Positions 36,176 through 41,479 of a stretch of DNA of 41,479 nucleotides are shown piece after piece. The stretch lies in contig NC_057752.1 in NCBI RefSeq assembly GCF_004010195.1, forward strand, positions 8,581,187 through 8,622,665, in the 5' to 3' direction. Origin of the DNA: Chiloscyllium plagiosum (taxonomy: Eukaryota). The translations under genes and the position numbers were made by a program. Under the pieces are notes generated by a model, which ran no database searches, had not been told where the DNA came from, and saw only the letters and a program-made list of their open reading frames with translations. Numbering within the stretch: the stretch's first letter is position 1; each line of letters begins with the position of its first letter.

Positions 36176-36380
36176 TTTTTTTTATTTATTCATTTTTGTA
36201 GGATGTGGGCATCACTGGCTGGCCAGCATTTATTGCCCATCCCTAGTTGCTCCCTTGGGAAGATGGTGGTGAGTTGCCTTCTTGAACTGCTGCAGTTTCC
36301 ACTTGCTGTGGGTTGACCCACAATGCCCTTAGGGAGGGAATTCCAGGATTTTGACCCAGCGACACTGAAGGTGTGGTGAT
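36176..36380 (-). mobile_element. 3'-end fragment of the same LINE family inserted antisense into its relative
   Basis: FSVAGSKSWNSLP on minus, mirrored on plus at about 36685-36725. Confidence 0.7.
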
Positions 36381-38092
36381 TCTGCATGAGTGCAGCTCCA
36401 ACGATACTCAAGAAGCTTGACACCATCCAACTTAAAGCAACCATTTTGGGTTGGCACCACACATCCACAAAATTCATTCTCTCCACTACTGCTACTCAAT
36501 CACAGCAGTACGTACCACCTACAAGATGCATTGAAGAAATTCACAAAGTCTCCATCAACAGCACCTTCTAAACCTGCAACCACTACCGACTAAAATGATA
36601 AGGGTAACAGATACATGGGAATACCTCAACTTTCAAGTTCCTTGGCAGCCCATTTACCATCTGACTTGAAAATATATTGCCATACCTTCAGTGTCGCTGG
36701 GTCAAAATCCTGGAACTCCCTCCCTGACAGCATAGTAGGTGTACCTGTATCAAATGGCGTGCAGTGGTTCAAAAAAGTGGTTCACCAGCATCCACTTCAG
36801 GTCAATAAACTCTGGCCCAGCCAGCAAAGTCCACATACCTGAATGAACTTTTTAAAAATGCTGAGTTCATGTTTAAAAGTGTGGGATAAAACATGCACAG
36901 CAAATACACAAAAGAAGTAATTAAGAATTACCTTTGCGCAACCCCTTATTGTTTACTGTATGTGCTTGTTTACTTATTGTGCTCCTAAGTGAAGCATATC
37001 CTCAGTGATTACAGCTAGAGAGGTGAAAGGCTCTTAAACTTCCATATAGGACACTTCAGATAGCTGTGGGGGGCAAGCCAGCAACTCTGGGCCATAAGAG
37101 CTTAACCAAAGAAATTCTGTCTGGGTTGGGACAATGTGGCCTAGCTGGCTGTGTTACACTGGAGAATTTAAGTGGCTGGCAAGGGAATTGGCATGTATAT
37201 TCATAAGGAAGGGCAGCAAGTGCTTTTCCCAGGAATCCAAGCCACTCTTCCAGGATTCCATCTTGGCAGTACTATGACTTTGTTTAAGTACATATGAATA
37301 ATATAATATTCTGAAAGGCCTGGTCAATACTAGCACCCAGGGCCCATAAGAAAGTCATCTGAGCTTCCATTGCAGGAACAAGATTTTCAATGGTAGCTGT
37401 CCTAGCTATCAGCACAGACTCCATCATGATACCAGTCTTGAGAATGTCAGATCAGGTCACACAGAATAGTGGTAATCTCACATTCAGCACCTGAAATGAA
37501 AGGATTAGTTTTTAGCTTGAGGGATAGCAGAGAGGCAAATGGCTGCTAGTAGCAGTTGCCAGTATGTCATGCAGAGTACGTACGGTAAGTTGGAAGCATG
37601 ATGCCTCCTCTACCGTGGCCATGGCTATCTTCCTACCCACAGTGACCAGCACATTTTGTTTCATCAGGGAGAGCATATGCTAATGGACCCAGCCTCCTCC
37701 TGTTATAGCTTCCTTTCAAGTTATGTATGACTTTCTCCTGCAAGAAATAGATCTTTGTGAGGTATTTCATGTATGTGCTGTCATAATTGAATGGTTTATA
37801 TGTAGTGTGAGGCGTGAAACATAGAGTTATAATCATAGTGACAGCAACATGTGTGGATTATGAGTGAGAGATGATGGCAATAGAGTGAAGTGTGGTGCAG
37901 TGATTGTAGGAAAGTGAAGGGAAACAGTGGAGGAGCGAATTGAGTAGAGAGACTACGTATGGTACAGCTGGGAGGAGACCATTATTGAGGTGACCTTTAA
38001 GAATATTTCATAGCGATTCTGATGGAGGTTATTGAGTTTATTTCAAGACTGCAGCCATTTCCTGGTGATAGGGGTTGCATCAAAAACTTTGA

Positions 38093-38762
38093 CAGCGGAG
38101 TCGCAGGTAGATAGGATAGTGAAGGCGGCGTTTGGTATGCTTTCTTTTATTGGTCAGAGTGTTGAGTACAGGAGTTTCGAGGTCATGTTGCGGCTGTACA
38201 GGACATTTGTTAGGCCACTTTTGGAATATTTCATGCAATTCCTGTCTCCTTCTGATCGGAAAGATGTTGTGAGACTTGAAAGGGTTCAGAAAAGATTTAC
38301 AAGGATGTTACCAGAGTTGGAGGATTTGAACTATAGGGAGAGGCTGAATAGGCTGGGGCTGTTTTCTCTGGAGCGTCGGAGGCTGAGGGGTGACCTTATA
38401 GAGGTTTACAAAATTATGAGGGGCATGGATAGGGTAAAAAGACAAAGTCTTTTCCCTGGGGTTGGGGAGTCCAGAACTAGAGGGCATAGGTTTAGGGTGA
38501 GAGGAGAAAGATATAAAAGAGGCCTAAGGGGCAACTTTTTCATGCAGAGGGTGGTACGTGTATGGAATGAGCTGCCAGAGGAAGTGGTGGAGGCTGGTAC
38601 AATTGCAACATTTAAAAAGGTATTTAGATGAGTATATGAATAGGAAGGGTTTGGAGGGATATGGGCCGGGTGCTAGAAGGTGGGACTAGATTGGGGTGGG
38701 ATATCTTATCGGCTTGGACAGGTTTGACTGAAGGGTCTGTTTCCATGCTGTACATCTCTATG
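38093..38762 (+). mobile_element. CR1 (HER1-like) 3' part, relatively intact
   Basis: Open frame through ESQVDRIVK...[16 protein letters not shown]; 3'UTR like 8850-8971. Confidence 0.92.
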
Positions 38763-39312
38763 AATATATAACTCCTCCAATTTATGATAAAGAAGATCAA
38801 ACTCCTTCTAGTCAGATGTTAGTACAGCATCAGAAGGCTTATGTGTCCTCTCTGGATCTCCTGCAGCTGTTTTTGTCTCTTACAAGTATGTTACAGTGTG
38901 ATCCTTACTGTGAGAGGTACTGGCTGTCTTTAAGAGGTCTCAGTGAAGCTAATTTCCTGTACCACTACACCCCTTGCCCCAAATCCTCCAATGAATGGCA
39001 TTGGTCATGCTGGCTGTGACGTGGTTCATAATAATGAGCTGCAAGCACCAATTCAGCATGGTTTCTGCAACCACATGGAGGTGCCCATGGAGAACACAGA
39101 TTTTCAGATGCAATCAAGTTTCTGGATCCTTAATTTTTTGGGTCAGGACCAGAAACAGGGCAAAACCTTTTCTTCCCACATTCATTTCTATGGGGCACAG
39201 TCGCAAACAGCTTGTTTCCTTCAGAGTGATTGAGGTGTTGAATGTTTGGACAGCCAGAGATAATCTGCATTAATTAACCAAGCTACTTTAACAAGGTTGG
39301 TTGTTTAACTGG

Positions 39313-39438
39313 CCTCACCTGACAAAGGAATTGCACTCCGAAAGCTTGAGATTTCAAAGAAATCTGTTGGACTCTAACCTGGTGTCATGTGACTTCTTAT
39401 TTTATTCACCCCAGTCTAACACCGGCACCTCCACATCA
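39313..39438 (+). mobile_element. PLE terminus (same family as 17132-18162) with mutated hammerhead
   Basis: CTGACAA-AGGA..CTCC-GAAAGCT; homologous to 18040-18162; near-TSD TG(T/C)TTAACTGG. Confidence 0.75.
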
Positions 39439-40199
39439 TGCTTAACTGGTAGGAAGTGGAATTGAAGGACCAGGAAGTGATTTAGGCTGAGGTGATTAAA
39501 TTACAGAAATATTCAGCTGTATACTATTCAGGCATGGCAGGATGTTTCTGAGGAAACATATTGTGTTTACTTTCTTTTGAAAAGTACAGAAGTTTAAACT
39601 GATCCAAATCATTTTTCAGGAACTGTTGGATCGGATAGGCAGCAGTCGTGATAGTGTAAATGTGTGTGGTACTTGAGGGAATGGGCTTGATGGGTCAAAT
39701 GGTCTTTTCCATTCCCTAGTTTCATACGCAAGGCTATTTCCTAACATTGAAACAATGCCCCTACTGTTGATCAATTTGACACTGTCCTGATCTATTCCGT
39801 ATGTTCCAGCTAACTCATAGCAAAGTACTTTCAGTTTTAAGGATGGCTTCCATTCTAATTTTCCAGCCTGAAAATGTTTATAAGCAATACATATTTTACT
39901 TCATTACAGAATAGGCAGTGATATTTAATTGGACTTCAAAATGCACTGTCATTTATAAAATACCCTCTAGCGCTTTGTCAACAAGGTGAGAGAATGTCTG
40001 GCTTAAATTATGTTGGTTTTCTTTCTAAGAACTCATAGTGAAGCAGAAGGTCCCTGAAGATTACATCTATTTTGTTATCCTCCTTATATGCGATTTACAA
40101 AACACAAAGATGAAATATTTGTAACAATCCTCAGCCAGAAGTGCCTGGTGATGGATCAATCTCAGCCTCCTTCAGAGCTCCCCAGCATCACAAATGCCT

Positions 40200-41255
40200 G
40201 TCACTCCCACAAGGTTAAACAAACTTTCTGCATTTATCCTATCAGGTACCCTAATAATCTTATATGTTTCAATAAGATCACTTCTCATTCTTCTATTTTC
40301 CACAAGTAAAGGCCTAATCTACTCGGCATCTCCTCATAAGACAGTCCCTCAATAACGAGGATCACTTTCACCCAGGATCAGCCTGGTGGATCTTCTGTGG
40401 ACTGCCTCCAATGTCAGTCTATCTTTCCTTAGATAAGTGGCCTATGACTGTTCACAGTATTCCAGCTGTGATCTGACCAGTGCCTTGTATAGTTTGAGCA
40501 AAATCTCCCTACTTTTATGCTGCATTCCCTTTGAAGTAAAGGCCAACATCCTATTTACCTGCTATTACCTGCTAAACTTGGATGTAAGCTTTTTTGAGAT
40601 TTGTGAATAAAGACTCCCAAATCACTCGGCTCTGTGGCTTTCTGCAGTCTTTCTCTATTTAAATAATATTCAGCTCTTCTATTCTTCCTGCCAAAATGCA
40701 TATCTCTTCACATTTCTTCACTTCATTGCATTTATCAAGTTTTTAGCCATTCATTTAACCTGCCTATATCCTTCTGCAGACTCTGTCATCCTCACCACTC
40801 GCTTTCCCACTCATTTTTGTGTCATCTGTAAACTTGGCTATAGTACATTCACTTTCCTCATCTAAACCATTAATATATGTTGTAAATAATTGTGGACACA
40901 GCGCTGATCCCTGTGGCATACCACTAGTTAAAGGTTACCAGTCTGAAAATGCTCCTCTTATCCCAACTCTGTCTTCTATTAAACAAAAAACTAAAGAACT
41001 ATGGATCTGGAAATCAGAAACAAAAACAGAAATTATTGGAAAAACTCAGCAAGTCTGACAGCATATGTGGAGAGAAAGCAGAGTTAACATTTTGGGTCCA
41101 GTGATGCTGCCACACCTGCTAATTTTTTCAACAATTTCTGTTTTTGTTTCTGTCTGCTATTAGTCAGCTAATCCTCTGCCCATTACTAATACCTTCAACA
41201 CGGTGTACTCTTGTTAAGCAACCTAATGTCTGGTATCTTATCAAATGCCTTCTGA
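40200..41255 (-). mobile_element. Old CR1 RT/3' fragment
   Basis: KAFDKIP, SGMPQGSALCP, KFTDDTK. Confidence 0.8.
40982..41150. mobile_element. Short palindromic PLE-terminus insertion
   Basis: Arms 41015-41064 and 41104-41152; flanking duplication TCTGTCT(T/G)CTATTA. Confidence 0.65.
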
Positions 41256-41257
41256 GA

Positions 41258-41479
41258 TGGGGATCCAAGATGGTGGCGACCCAGCAAGTCTGAGTCTACA
41301 GTGCTCCTCCCAAGACTTGGGCAAAGTGGGTCACCCACCCCCACCACACTCACCAAATCATTTAAAATAGCTGTTTAATTTAATTAGTTGTTTAGTATTG
41401 AATTTAAACAATTTAATCTTCAGCAAAAATGACTAAAGGGAAGGGAGCCTGCAGCTCTCAGCAAGCAGGAACCCCTCCC
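41258..41479 (+). mobile_element. Possible 5' end of a LINE (L1/Tx1-like) running off the window
   Basis: Interrupts the CR1; starts GGGGATCCAAGATGGTGGCG (YY1-like motif); ATG at 41429 is open to the window end. Confidence 0.4.

Larger units (their letters stand above)
33790..36855 (+). mobile_element. Decayed LINE of the same family as 1040-2815, with nested inserts, a deletion and an inverted piece (35505-35725)
   Basis: TNLPAIEACVHDSI, MQQDLD..KCQAMTIS, LKKLDTIQ, FSVAGSKSWNSLP; gaatgaa tail at about 36841. Confidence 0.75.

Noticed and set aside
1..41479. CRISPR array, retron or other prokaryotic RT system; intact autonomous TE
   Set aside because: The sequence is vertebrate, has no regularly spaced repeats, and all RT/EN/IN frames are interrupted. 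Most remaining short ORFs are antisense or off-frame reads of TEs.

Overview
Eukaryotic, repeat-saturated vertebrate DNA. The repeat types (HE1/V-SINE-like SINEs, CR1/HER1-like LINEs, Deu-SINE-like fragments) point to a cartilaginous fish; this is inference from remembered family features, not a search. The only host gene evidence is two minus-strand coding exons (31315-31450, 30580-30740) of a Na+-coupled bicarbonate transporter, best matching SLC4A8. Most of the rest is nested mobile DNA, probably intronic: many CR1 LINE pieces, a second LINE family, a decayed two-LTR Gypsy element (11237-19349), solo LTRs, SINEs, Harbinger remnants and several Penelope-like (PLE) insertions. The most interesting signal is a set of PLE-derived inserts, several of them fold-back, carrying minimal hammerhead ribozyme motifs. 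Two cores look intact (20830-20863 +, 17174-17214 -), and three inserts have exact 13-bp target-site duplications. Local rearrangements can also be reconstructed: a 1.4-kb inversion with an 8-bp inverted duplication, a micro-inversion, a 5'-inverted CR1 and an 88-bp displaced integrase copy. There is a 588-N assembly gap. Repeat boundaries were judged by eye and are approximate unless a TSD is given.
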